Shown here: piece by piece, positions 37,286 to 50,664 of the stretch
How positions within the stretch are numbered: position 1 is the first letter of the stretch
How the letters are laid out: each line of letters begins with the position of its first letter
Source of the DNA: Octopus sinensis
Lineage: Eukaryota
NCBI RefSeq assembly: GCF_006345805.1
Contig: NC_043007.1
Coordinates: forward strand, 53,692,001-53,756,000
Reading direction: 5' to 3'
DNA length: 64,000 nt
Program-made: the position numbers and the translations under genes
The notes under the pieces: generated by a model
The model's database searches: none
What the model was told of the DNA's origin: nothing
The model's input: the letters and a program-made list of their open reading frames with translations, nothing else

Positions 37286-38730
37286 AGTGAGTGACAGGGA
37301 TGAGCCAGTCAGACTGGTCATCCTTTTTGCTAGAAGATCACCTATGGTCTTATATGCTACACCACTGGTTTTCAGTTCATATTAATCAAATTAATATTCA
37401 CAACAAGAAGGACTATTCATTATAATACATCAGTTCTACACATCTACCCTGCACAAACATTTGCCATTTCACACATGTATGTAAACAAATTCCTTTCTTA
37501 AAAATTTCAATTCATTTTCTTTTTCAATTCATACAAAGTTTTTTAGGACGAATATAAGATCTAAAGTATATCCAAGTAGCAGAAAGATCGCCCAAAAGTG
37601 TATATAGATATTTAAATGTATTTATATATTCATCTATACACAGATGTATGTATAATGTGTGTATATATTTCCATAGACGTAACCATTCACTCCGCAGAAA
37701 GTTTTTTAGGACGAAAATAAGATCTAAAGTTATCTCTAAGTAGCAGAAAGATCGCACAAAAGTGTATATAGATATTTAAGTGTATTTATATATTCATCTA
37801 TACAGACATGTATGTATAATGTGCGTGTATATATTTCCATAGAGGTAACCATTCAATCCATACAAAGTTTTTTAGGACGAAAATCTTTATATATAAAAGA
37901 AAGGTTGTGTGTCTCTCTACTCCGATTTAGATTCCTAACTACTCCCACATTTTGCGATGCAGTTTAACCAAAACCGGGCATCTTATAGTCGTGATTCATA
38001 TCGAGCCCTTCTGGGTATTAGCGCGCGTCTACGATGAGTCTACGATTTTACAAATAATTTACCATCATTTTTTTCCATTTTAATGCATATTTTTTTTAAT
38101 AAAGGGAAGTAACTCTCAAACTTCACACCAATATGCGTGCTCATATGCGACGTAATATCACATCAGCAGCATTTCCTCACACCCTCCTTGCACTTGGCGA
38201 AGGCAAAATACCAGGGGATGAAAATGGTAATATTGCCATCGATTCCATTTGTACCATTGTTAAGACGCCTTCTGATCTCAGAGATGCAGTGTTCCCAGAT
38301 CTACAAGCTAATTATCAGAATATGGATTGGATTGGCCAAAAGGCTATACTGGCCCCGAGGAATAAAACTGTTCACCATATTAATGATGAAATGCTAAAAC
38401 TCATTCCTGAGGAAGTCTATGTATATCAGTCTATCGATACAACTCCTGACCCAGAGGACGTCATCAACTATCCAATAGAGGTACTCAATTCCTTTGAGCA
38501 CCCCGGACTACCACCACACATTCTCAAACTTAAAGTTGGTGCCCCTATAATGCTCATCAGAAATTTGGTTCCCCCAAAACAATGCAAAGGCACACGTTTG
38601 ATCGTTAAGTCCTTATCTCCCACCGTAAACTTATATCAATATTTGCCTGAATAATCATCATAATTCAGTGCAATCATTAACAGTACTTTCAAGCAATTCA
38701 GCCCCGAGCAACGCCGGGCAATTCTGCTAG
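36527..38730 (+). mobile_element. Non-autonomous Helitron 1 (second internal 5' end at 37884; Pif1 fragment 38118-38622)
   Basis: A|TCTTATTATAAAAGGCAGA start; subterminal hairpin CCCG-AGCAACGC-CGGG then CTAG|T; helicase fragment AILAPRN...LKLKVGAPIMLIRNL; internal ~170 bp tandem repeat at 37525-37880. Confidence 0.88.
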
Positions 38731-39152
38731 TCTTATGATAAAAGGCAGATTTTCTCTGCCTGTTCCCATGTTTCTTTTTAATACAATTCTACAATATAGA
38801 ATTTCTTCAATTGGAATTTACCTATGATTTTTCCAAGTAGATTCGATTGGGTCATGGCATGTAAAGTTTTTTCAATTTCACCCCCAATAAAGCAAAAATT
38901 CGAGAAAACTCAATATTTTACGATTTACCTCTCTGATTTCAAGTGGTTTACTCCTGATATTACCACCACACTTTCTTCTGCTTTGTCTTTGCAAGTGTGA
39001 AACTATTAAAGTGAAAGTATTTATATAACAGGGATGAGCCATTAATACTGGTCATCCTTTTTGCTAGAGGAAGATCCGCTATGGTCTTACATGCTACACC
39101 ACTGGTTTTCAATTCATATTAATCAAATTAATATTCAATTTTTCACCCTTAT

Positions 39153-39203
<51 letters not shown>

Positions 39204-39626
39204 TAGCAATTCGTATAAAATTGCATCAATGACTTGAACTTCAATAAGTGGTTTTACATAAATGGGGATAAATTAAAAAGGTTTGTTGTTATTATTATTA
39301 CTGTTTGACTATTGTAATCACGTTTGTTGGTTCCTCGTCACGGAAACGTTGTTGTGTTGCATTTGTTAAATAATTGTAAACCGTAACCCTCCCCCTTTCG
39401 GAGAAGGGGCTTTGGTCATTGTTTAAAAATTGAATTGTGTCCCTGTTTGGGGAAATTGACAATATTTTCACTGTCTTTACGGAAGCATTTTTGTTAAAAT
39501 GCCTGCGATAGAAGAAAGTAAAAAAATGAATTTCGCTGCAGCCGTACACTTCTATACAAGAGGGGGGACAACATCCAATTGATCGAAATTGCAAGAGACA
39601 GGCCTACAATTCCAGTCTGTTATATA

Positions 39627-42366
39627 TGTAGTGATACTATAACGGTGCGCGCGCGCGCACCGTCCATTTTCTATTTCGCGCGTGTTGGTGCCTTCACCAA
39701 GGCACAGAAAGGAAGGGCCCTCTCGCGCATGCGCGAACCACCGGAAGCACGACCCTTTTGCCTACCTGGTGGTTAGCCAAGGTAAGGGGGTCGTAGAACG
39801 TTTGACCGCTGGCAGCAGCAGCGGCGACTTGGGACATGGCTATCGAAGGCAGCGGTCACATATTTTCTCTCTCCGTCAGGACTTGCTTCTAGCAGTCCTT
39901 ACCAAAAGGCCTTTAACCAAATTGTTGCAGACCAACATCGTCTCCATTGTTCGACGCCATCTTGAATCCGTTTCTGTTCTTGGCAGCTGAATATTGTAAA
40001 TATTACAATATTTCAGCCTTGCGCGCCCAGAACCAAGGACATCAGATAACACACTTATTGTTATTGTTACCAAGAAAGAGAATAAAGTAGTATATGTATA
40101 TTTTACGTCTGCGTCTTGTTGTTTCTGACGGGCAGAGATTCTGGATTATTAAAGCAACGGCTAGTGAGTGATTGCTTTCTTGTACCCCGAAAGTACAAGA
40201 CAAGATATTCACTCACATCAAGTTCGTTTCACTGGTGACCCCGACGTGATTCTGGTCTAAAACCAGAGATCACTTATCAACAAAAAAAAAGAAATCCAGT
40301 TTTTCTGCGAAGTCGGAACACGATTTAACTCTACGCATCATCTTTCGACGATTTGTTTCCGGCCACCACAAACAGTTGTAGAAGGAGCCTCTTTCTTATT
40401 CTACAGCCATGATGACGAACGCCATCATATCATCGATGTTTTTTCTCTGCCTTCGTCATCATCATCGTCGTCTTTCTACTTCACGTCGTCGCTATCTTCG
40501 TCGCCATCATCACTAAGAACGATGTTGTCTCAAGTCCACTACAGTCGCCTTCCACCACCAACGTCGCCTTTCAACACCGTCGACCTCCACAAGATGTACA
40601 TAGCAACTCGCGGAACTTTAGCGTGCACGCTGTTTTGTGCATATGCACACCAAGGATAAACAGCACCGTCTATCTACGAGATTCTTCTGTTCCAGTTAAC
40701 CTGTCACAGCATCGAAGCCACAACCGCTACACGATATGTGTTCAATCGGCATCTGCATTTGTGATCTCAACATTCTGTTACAGAACGAACTGCTATTGTG
40801 CATCAGGCTATTATAGACTGGTAAACTAATTCCATTGTCTGGAATAGCCCGAGAGACATTTTTTCTATGCGCTGTATTTTTTTATATTTTGCTCGCATTC
40901 ACCTTGTATGTATTTCTGTCGCACACACGTACACACACATAAATGCTCTCTCTCACATACATACGTCACACATGCTTTTCTCGCTTGTTTTTTTTTTTTC
41001 CATGCTAAATTTGCCTTTTGTGGACACCCCTCATTTCTATAGACCCTAGCGGTCACGTATACATAGAGAGGGTTGTTTGTCCATTATAACGCGCCAGCAT
41101 GTCATACCTTTGTTCCTGTACGAACGAGGCAGATAATCGCTCAACCACTGGCATATTCTTGCTGTTTTTCGGTCTGGCAAGCTCTATTGCATTTCATGCG
41201 CCTCTTGCTCCGCACGTGTACTTGCCGTGTTTTTTTTGCAACACGTTTGCAGTAGCTTAGTTTTTCCCGACTCATAGGACGTCGGATGTTCACATGCGCT
41301 GCGCCATGTTTAGGCGTAATTATTTTTCCCTGTTAGACCACTGTTGGTCACGTAATTAACAGAAAATTATCTGTGTCGCGCATCACACCAGCATGTTTGC
41401 ACTTTTGCCTTTTGTGTTACTAGCGAGCTTCTGCCAATTCCATTTCCTCTCCTGCAGCAATTGATTTAATTGCTATTTTGCAGGATCAACCACCTTTAGA
41501 GAAGTTGGATTTTAATTTCGTTTAGGTTCATTAACTGTGAGTTTTTGCTTTCCCTCCGCTCTCTACAGCGGAAGGGTTTATACTTTGTGACGTATACACT
41601 TTCATGCATGCACTCTTGATTTTTGCTCATTGAGTATTTTTTCTCTTTTTCCTTTAGTAAATTTCTTGTGTATGTTATAAATTTTGCTATTATATTATTG
41701 TGTGCTATTTGGTTATCTGGTGTCCACCTTGAGTTTTGCAGTCACTACAATAAGTTTCCTTTCGTGCGAACGCACTGGAGGGGAGCCTTGTAGTGATACC
41801 ATTTTCTATTTCGCGCGTGTTGGTGCCTTCACCAAGGCACAGAAAGGAAGGGCCCTCTCGCGCATGCGCGAACCACCGGAAGCACGACCCTTTTGCCTAC
41901 CTGGTGGTTAGCCAAGGTAAGGGGCTCGTAGAACGTTTGACCGCTGGCAGCAGCAGCGGCGACTTGGGACATGGCTATCGAAGGCAGCGGTCACATATTT
42001 TCTCTCTCCGTCAGGACTTGCTTCTAGCAGTCCTTACCAAAAGGCCTTTAACCAAATTGTTGCAGACCAACATCGTCTCCATTGTTCGACGTCATCTTGA
42101 ATCCGTTTCTGTTCTTGGCGGCTGAATATTGTAAATATTACAATATTTCAGCCTTGCGCGCCCAGAACCAAGGACATCAGATAACACACTTATTGTTATT
42201 GTTACCAAGAAAGAGAATAAAGTAATATATGTATATTTTACGTCTGCGTCTTGTTGTTTCTGACGGGCAGAGATTCTGGATTATTAAAGCAACGGCTAGT
42301 GAGTGATTGCTTTCTTGTACCCCGAAAGTACAAGACAAGATATTCACTCACATCAAGTTCGTTACA
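39627..42366 (+). mobile_element. Young non-autonomous LTR retrotransposon (Gypsy-type termini, non-coding interior)
   Basis: LTRs 39627-40231 and 41789-42366 (TG...CA, nearly identical); PBS TGGTGACCCCGACGTGAT at 40233-40250 complementary to the tRNA-Trp 3' end; PPT GGAGGGGAG at 41777-41785; TATA TSD. Confidence 0.93.
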
Positions 42367-42639
42367 TATATTTTGAGTATTGTTATCACTAGCGATATCA
42401 AGATATAACTTTGTATTTTGTATTTTATGTGTAGATGTATATATATAGATGTACATGTAATATGTACACATATATATATACACATATATACATGCATAAT
42501 ATATCTACCCATACACACATACGCACACACACACACACATAGGGGCAGGTGTGGCTGTGTGGTAACAAACTACGTTCCAAACACATGGTCCTGGGTTCAG
42601 TCCCACTGTGTGGTGACTTGGCATGTGTAGGCACAAACA

Positions 42640-44087
42640 CTGTGTCTTCACATTTGCTGCGTGAGACATGTTTTAATGTTGACGAGCTTGCCGAGTACAT
42701 AGCCGACAATGAGCCAAAGCTCCTTCCAGAACAGAAGTTCGCTTACAATTCCGTTGTTAATTCAGTCCGGGCCAAAGCTGGGGGGATTTTTTCCCTGGAC
42801 GCGCCTGGGAGCACTGGGAAAACTTTTGTCAACAAATTAATATTGGCTGAGATTAGGCGAACACAAGGCATTGCCCTAGCTGTGGCATCATCTGGAATTG
42901 CTGCTACTTTGTTGCCAGGCGGCAGGACAGCTCACTCCACTTTCAAGCTCCCGCTTGACTTAGCGAAGACTGAGACACCAACTTGCAATATCAGTAACAG
43001 CTCCGATCAGGCAGAAGTCTTCAGACGATGCAAGCTTATCGTTTGGGATGAATGCACGATGGCCCACAGACGTGCTCTTGAGGCACTAGATAGATCTCTC
43101 GGAGACATCAAACACTCTTCAGCTCCCATGGGAGGCATAACACTTCTTCTTTCAGGGGACTTCCGGCAAACACTTCCCGTTATTCCCAAAGGGACTACAG
43201 CTGATGCAGTAAGTGCGTGTCGTAAGTCACCCACATTGTGGCCACTGGTGAAGACTCTCAAACTTCACACCAATATGCATGCTCATAGGCGACGTGATAT
43301 CACATCAGCAGCATTTTCTCACACCCTCCTTGCACTTGGCGAAGGCAAAATACCAGAGGATGAAAATGGTAATATTGCCATCGATTCCATTTGTACCATT
43401 GTTAAAACGCCTTCTAATCTCAGAGATGCAGTGTTCCCAGATCTACAAGCTAATTATCAGAATATGGATTGGATTGGTCAAAGGGCTATTCTGGCCCCGA
43501 GGAATAAAACTGTTCACCATATTAATGATGAAATGCTAAAACTCATTCCTGGGGATATCTATGTATATAAGTCTATCGATACAACTTCTGACCCAGAGGA
43601 CGTCATCAACTATCCAATAGAGGTACTCAATTCCTTTGAGCCACCCCCCGGACTACCAGCACACATTCTCAAACTTAAAGTTGGTGCCCCTATAATGCTC
43701 ATTAGAAATTTGGTTCCCCCAAAACAATGCAATGGCACACGTTTCATCGTTAAGTCCTTATCTCCCAATCTGATTGAGGCCACCATTATCACAAGGTGCG
43801 GTCGAGGCAACGTTGTGCTCATACCTAGGATGCATCTTTTCCCATCAGGAGCAGACCTACCTTTCATATTTCGGAGGTCCCAGTTCCCAGTAAGGCCATG
43901 TTTCGCAATGTCAATTAACAAAGCGCAGGGTCAAACACTGTCTGTGGCGGGAATACATTTGGGAGAGCCATGTTTCTCTCATGGTCAGCTTTATGTTGCC
44001 TGCTCATGTGTCGGCAGCAACAGTGATGCTTTCGCATTCGTTCCACAACGAAAAACAAAAAACATTATGTACAAGGAGGTTTTATAG
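42640..44087 (+). CDS. Helitron PIF1-family helicase domain (open frame, Rep domain missing)
   Basis: DAPGSTGKTF (Walker A), ASSGIAATLLPGGRTAHSTFKLP, WDECTM, SGDFRQTLPV, FAMSINKAQGQTL, FSHGQLYVACS. The ORF-track start at 42549 falls in a SINE head (42543-42625). Confidence 0.92.
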
Positions 44088-44908
44088 GATTACGTTTCAT
44101 CATTTTCGAACACGTTAGTATTTCACTTACATACGACTCTCTTTTATGATGGCATTTACATTTTTAGGCGTTTCATGACATTAATTCACATTTAACCAAC
44201 ACCTGTCCTTCGCTCACCTCTATTTCTATCCATTCATCATCAAACCACCAGCCTCATCTTCTATATCCAACGCACATGACACATCTACCCCCTACATCTA
44301 CACTCTCACTGTTAATGTTTACATAAGCGATAACACGATCGCAACATACACTTTGGAAACTAAGCAACAGATCATTTTATACAACAAATTTAATCATAAC
44401 GCCCATCAATGAAAACATCTCCACCACTGTGTTGTGATTCATCTATTCAGCACCACTACAGTCTTGCCGGTCTGACATATGGTGAGTAGATGCTATTGTT
44501 CAATATTTTATAAATTACCCATATTTACTTACCCATGCTTCATTCCCCCCTTGCCTACATAGGGCATCCATTCTCTTTTAACACAGCATGAAGTTTTGGA
44601 ACAGCACATCAGCTGCCGTTCGTGGAAAACGAAGAGACCCTATTCACCTGCGAACGTTTTACGACTATCAAATTCTTACAATTATGAGAACAATAACATG
44701 GCTCTTTTCAAGGCAACCTCGCATTCAATTCTTACACCATTCTACAAGGGGTTAGGAACCCCTTTACACGGCTTTCTATACACTTACAAATACATTCATT
44801 CGCCGTAAACTTATATCAATATTTGCCTGAATATCATCATAATTCAGTGCAATCATTAACAGTACTTTCAAGCAATTCACCCTCGAGCATCGCCGGGCAA
44901 TTCTGCTA

Positions 44909-44947
<39 letters not shown>

Positions 44948-44959
44948 AGCATGTATGTA

Positions 44960-45170
44960 TTATGTGTGTCTGTGTTTGTACCCCCACCATCGCTTGACAA
45001 CTGATGTTGGTGTGTTTACGTTCCCATAACTTAGCAGTTTGGCAAAAGAGAATAAGTGCTAGGTTTCTAGGCTTACAAAGAATAAGTCCTGGGTTGATTT
45101 GTTCAAATAAAGGTGGTGCTTCAGCATGGCCACAGTCAAGTGACTGAATCAAGTAAAAGACTAAAAGAGT
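44960..45170 (+). mobile_element. SINE family A, 3' half
   Basis: CATCGCTTGACAAC...GCATGGCCACAGTCAAGTGACTGAA. Confidence 0.8.
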
Positions 45171-45206
45171 ATATATCATATATGTATTATATATATATAT
45201 ATATCA

Positions 45207-45258
<52 letters not shown>

Positions 45259-45479
45259 AAATAAGAAAATGGAGAAATACAACTAAATCATTTATCAACT
45301 ACCAGATAATACCCAATCACATACTTTATTAAACCACTACATAAGAACATTAAGGTTAAACATAAAAATATAAAACAAAACAACGTACATGAATGAGTAA
45401 TACAATACAATAAGTACAAACATTATAAGAGGATATAAATAAATAAATATAAATAGATATAAATATAAATATACACTCT

Positions 45480-45606
45480 ATCTTACAGCTGTTTCGGTCA
45501 TGCAGATAAGTATGTCTCCTTTTACCTATATTAGCCATGTATAGTATGTCAATATGAAGTTATAAATGAGACATTTACAAAGATATCCTAAGGCCTCTTC
45601 AGAGAT
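45480..45606 (-). ncRNA. Type I hammerhead motif with ~100 nt stem II region, in an AT-rich PLE-like 3' end (45255-46060)
   Basis: Minus: atct CUGAAGA ggcc...tgtctc...gagaca...gacc GAAAC AGCU GUA agat. Confidence 0.7.
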
Positions 45607-46914
45607 TCTAAAGTATAAACCAAATTACATATATACTCATATAAGTGTGGGTACATATCCATAATAGATCATTTACATATATATATGAGTGCATATACTC
45701 ATACTCTTATACATACACATATACATATACATAATAATACAAATAATATAAATCAATAAATATATATATGTTCCATATTCAATGTTTTTCAACTTAATAT
45801 TAAGATATTACAACGTAGAGAACATAGACATATTCATACTTCAATGCATATATATAGAGTCAGTATTACCTTATATTAATTTACAAAAAGTCATTAATGT
45901 TAACATCAATACCGTTATCAATATCCTACCAATATCATTGTTCTTATTTCTAATAACATCAATACTAATAAAACAATACATACATCACATAATTAGCAAT
46001 ATAGTAGCAAAACTAGGGACCAACATAATACCACAGTATTATGCAAGGCATTAAATATTTGCACATACATACAAAAAAAGCAGTCAAGTCAATCAGTTTA
46101 CATGGTGTTAATTTCCACAGATGCATGTGAATTAATAATTTCTATTGTGACACTAATATATTATTAATTTCCGAAATAGTTATGAAACGAACGCCGGAAT
46201 TTGATTGGCTTATACTTTTAAATTTAAATTACAATTGTTTTTTTTTACGGTTGGTTAGTTGAGAAACATCCACACGCGCACACTTGCAAACGTGCGTACA
46301 TATGCACATACACAGCCAAATCACAACATAACATAAGAGATACTAGCCCACACTTACACACACATACATGCTTACAAACAGATCCACTCACATATATTCA
46401 TAAATTCGTATATGCAATCATACATACATTTATACCCAGATGAAGAATGTAAATTATCATAAGGTACATAATTAAAATAACACCGTATTTTTCGTGAACA
46501 AATTATCCTACCACTAAAAAAAAATTTCTATATCTTTACATTTCTACTATGTTTCTATTCAAATATTTACTAAATTATAAAATACAAAATACATGTTTGC
46601 CCATCAAAGGATGTATAAATACATACACAATAAGTTAACAGAAAATACTATTAATTAAGATACAAGTAGATTAATTGTAAGTAGTCAAAATACGTTATTA
46701 TTCTACGATATATAATCAAAATGACACTACATTTCTTAAACATACCATCACATCACTGAAACTCCTATATCGTTGTATTACCATTTTAGGCGATCTTTCG
46801 TTTCCACCAGCAAGAAAATTATATTAACATCTACACATACACACACACACACGTACATTCGTGCATATTCACAAACATACGCACATTCACCTTTGCTGTG
46901 TATGCAAACATTTG

Positions 46915-46952
<38 letters not shown>

Positions 46953-47039
46953 AATATTAATGGACGTATAAATACATATACAATAAGTTAACCGGACTTA
47001 CCATTAAATAATATATAAGTAAATAATTATAAATTAAAT

Positions 47040-47340
47040 TAATTATGAATTACTAAGTGTTATTACTTAAAAAATAGAATAAAATAAAAAAATAAAATAA
47101 AATAAAATACAATAAAAATAATAAAGTTAAAAAATATATAAAATAAAATAAAATAGAAATAAATTTTAAATAAATAAATAAATAAATAAAATAAATAAAA
47201 TAAAATAAAGTAAAATAAAATAAAATAAAATAAAATAAATTAATAAATAAATAAACAAGTAAAAAATAAATAGAAATATATGTATATATCTACATATAAA
47301 TGAATAAATAAATAAATAGATAAATAACATAAAATACAAA
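47040..47340. repeat. (AAAT/AAAAT)n low-complexity tract
   Basis: Directly visible. Confidence 0.9.
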
Positions 47341-48124
47341 TTAAGATGAGTACAAAGATAATATATAATGAACCCCTCAGCTTAGCAGTCCTGGTCAAAC
47401 TGTTAAACCCATTCCAGTGTGGACAACGGATGTTAAATGATGATGATGATGATGATGTATATATACATTATATATATGTATATCTTTATCCTTTGTCTTT
47501 TACTTTTTCAGTAAATTCTTCTTTGAAGAATTTTCAGCTGAATGAATCGACCCCAGTAGTTATTTTGTTTTAAGTCAGGTACCTATTCTATAGGTCTCTT
47601 TAGTTGAACTGCTATATTATAGGGACACAAATACACCAACACCAATTGTCAAATGGTGGTGGGGGCAAACAAAGATACACATACTCATATATATATACAC
47701 AGTTTCATGTAGAGGCATGTATAAACAAACAAGCACATGCCCTTACACATACACATTAACACCTACACACTCACATAAACCACTCCATGGCAATCAATAT
47801 GGAATAACACACCCACAAATACATGCACACACGCATGCACGCACACACGCATGCACGCACATGCATACTTAATCATGCAAACACGTTTTCATTCTTGTTC
47901 CCCAAACAACCCTGCATATATACACCTAAACAGATGCTCCTTCTTCCTCCCACCACACACATAGGCAGTGTCCCATACACATATATATATCACATGATCA
48001 TGTGATTGAGCAGACTGTTGAATGCTGTTATACATCGCTAGTCACAATGCACTTTGCATCGTTTTAGCTTTCTAATGAGGCCACCCTACTGACTAAGTCA
48101 GCAGGCCAAAATACATACATATAC

Positions 48125-48155
<31 letters not shown>

Positions 48156-48344
48156 TACATACATACATACATATACATACATACAGGATGAGCCAAAAGT
48201 CATGCACAAAATTCAATTTGTTCTAGAATTGTCTATGACATGCTTCAGTTTTTCTAAAATTGAATAAAACAATATTGAACACATACGTACTTGTACACAT
48301 TGAACAAAATGAATAATAATAATAATAACAATAATAATAATAAT

Positions 48345-48680
48345 AACTACACTCACGGAGTGGTTGGCGTTAGGAAGGGCATCCAGCTGTAGAAACACTG
48401 CCAGATCAGACTGGGCCTGGTGCAGCCTTCTGGCTTCCCAGACCCCAGTTGAACCGTCCAACCCATGCTAGCATGGAAAGCGAACGTTAAACGATGATGA
48501 TGATGATGATGATATATGATGGGTTTCTGTCAGTTTTCCTCTACCAAATCCACTCACAAGGCTTTGGTCAGACTGAGGCTACAGAAGAAGATACTTGTCC
48601 AAAGTGCCATGTGGTGGGACTGAACCTGGAACCATGTGCTTGGAAAGCAAGCTTCTTACCACATAACCCCATCTGTACCT
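48345..48680. mobile_element. RTE 3' end (+, 48345-48512) abutting a SINE family A 5' half (-, 48515-48680)
   Basis: GGAGTGGTTGGCGTTAGGAAGGGCATCCAGC...(TGA)n, then reversed SINE head motifs. Confidence 0.8.
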
Positions 48681-48994
48681 TTTAGAAAATCAGGTAAATA
48701 CCCTTTGGAAAATGGAAAACAGTGACCAGCAAGTCTCCTTAGAGAATCAAACCCTGCACCTCTCAAATTTCGGTTGAGCACTCTGAACCAATAAGTTAAG
48801 AGATAATATATATATATCATTTTCATCATCATCATCATTTAACGTCCACTCTCCACGTTGGCATTTGTTAGTTTGACTGGAGATTATAACCGGAGAACTA
48901 CACCAGGTTCCAGTCTGATTTGGCAGGGTTTCTACAACTGAATGCTTTTCCTAAAGCCAACCATTTCAGAGTTTTGCCTTCAACTAACATGCTG

Positions 48995-50125
48995 GGAAAG
49001 ATTCCTAGATTGTTACCAGACATGAGTGGTAAAACAGTTCAGTCTTTTATGTTGACAGTTCAGCTAAAAGATCTGGCTGCTGCTACAAATCTATCAATGA
49101 TGTGTTGGATGTCCATGAGTGTATGAGCAACTAGGGCACAGTCATCTAAAAAGTAAGTCTCTTGTCTGAGATGCAATTTTAGTCCTTGCTTTGAAACGCT
49201 ATTGGTTGAAGATGCCTCCCATATTCTAATATTAAGATACACACTCTCTTCTACATCAGAAAAGACACAATCCAACATTACTGCAAAAAATAGTGCAGAT
49301 GATACTGGTGCCAAAACACAACCTTGTTTTGTACCATTTTTAACATTAAAACCTGAGACTGAGACTGTCATTTAATAAATGAATTGATTGAGCAGAAGCC
49401 TTCATATGTAGGGACATTGACATTTAACCTTTGCTTGGGTATCCCAAATTTGCTAATACTATCCACGAAATCTAACATACTGAAACTATCTACTACTTCA
49501 AGGGAGCCTGCTGAGAAATTCTATTTTCTGCATGCCCTTAGTATTTATTGCTTCTGCGCATCTTTCACATACAAACATTACTTTCTTCATTATCCTTCCT
49601 GTGATTTCACTGCATTTCTTGTGTGTCCATGATTTGCACTGTGTTGAATTCCTGCCTACACCTTTCCTACACATCAAGCAGGGCTATTTACCTGAGGGTA
49701 TCAGAATCTTGTCAGTTTCCTTACTTACTAAAGCAGTGGTCTTTGCTAAGTTAATTTTAAGACCCTTTAATTCCAGGTTTTGTTTACATAAAATTGGAAT
49801 TATTTTATAATTCTGCTATAGATTCTACTATGAAAATTAGGTCATCAGCCCATTATAGTCCCCAGGTGCACTCAGTCTTAAATTCCTCTGTTATGGACAG
49901 TAACGAAAAATAGGGGATTGAAAATCGATTCTTAATGAGAATGAAGTTTTACATGTTTTCTAAACTCATTGCTGTATACATGACTAACTCTCACTTTACT
50001 GTCAGTACATAATTTGCATGGCTTCCACTAGCCATTCTTCTTTCCCTAGCTTCCTCAGAGACACCATGTCAGAGAGTGGGGGATTCTGTTGAAGGCCTTA
50101 TCCAGGTCAATGAACATTAACTTCA
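48995..50125 (-). pseudogene. Decayed RTE RT fragments (BovB-like at 48995-49375; second RTE at 49600-50125)
   Basis: GTKQGCVLAP..FFAVML, FLDDCALVAH..DIQHIIDRF; FIDLDKAFNRIPHSLTW. Confidence 0.75.
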
Positions 50126-50664
50126 TACACACACATACACACACACACACACAGATAGATAGTAAGTAGGTAAATTGGGTCAAACTCCAATATACATATG
50201 TGTGTGTGTGTTGTATATGTATATGCAAGTGTGCATGTATGTGTGCATGTGTATATACAGATTTCTGCATATATGCATGGATGTTTACATATGCATGCAT
50301 TTGTGTGGATGTGTGCACACATGCACACCTATGTATATGTATGTGTATATATATGTGTGTATGCATGTGTGCCTGTGTATATGTATGGGTATGTATGGAT
50401 GCCTTCATGCATTGTGTATACCCATGCATGCACAAAATAACAGAACATATATTTTTGTCTGTCCCAACACACACACACACACATACACACACATATACAA
50501 TAGTATTTGCTCATGCATATATGTATGTATATGTGTATGTATGCATACAGACACATATTTTTCATACATTACCTGTGCATGACTTATGCAAAACAAAAAG
50601 AATACATATATATGTATGTATGTATGTGTGTATATGAATGCAAGCATATGTGTGTGTGTGTGCA

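Larger units (their letters stand above)
38731..44909 (+). mobile_element. Helitron 2, directly head-to-tail after Helitron 1, with nested LTR element and SINE head
   Basis: Starts TCTTATGATAAAAGGCAGA immediately after the CTAG; ends CTCGAGCATCGCCGGGCAATTCTGCTAG|T. Confidence 0.88.

Noticed and set aside
39579-42125. Duplicated ORFs 39682-39990 and 41793-42125 as paralogous genes
   Set aside because: Incidental frames within the two LTRs.
42549-42640. N-terminus of the 512-aa ORF as a real protein start, or a host PIF1 gene
   Set aside because: The first ~25 codons are a SINE head, and the helicase lies between Helitron termini with no introns.
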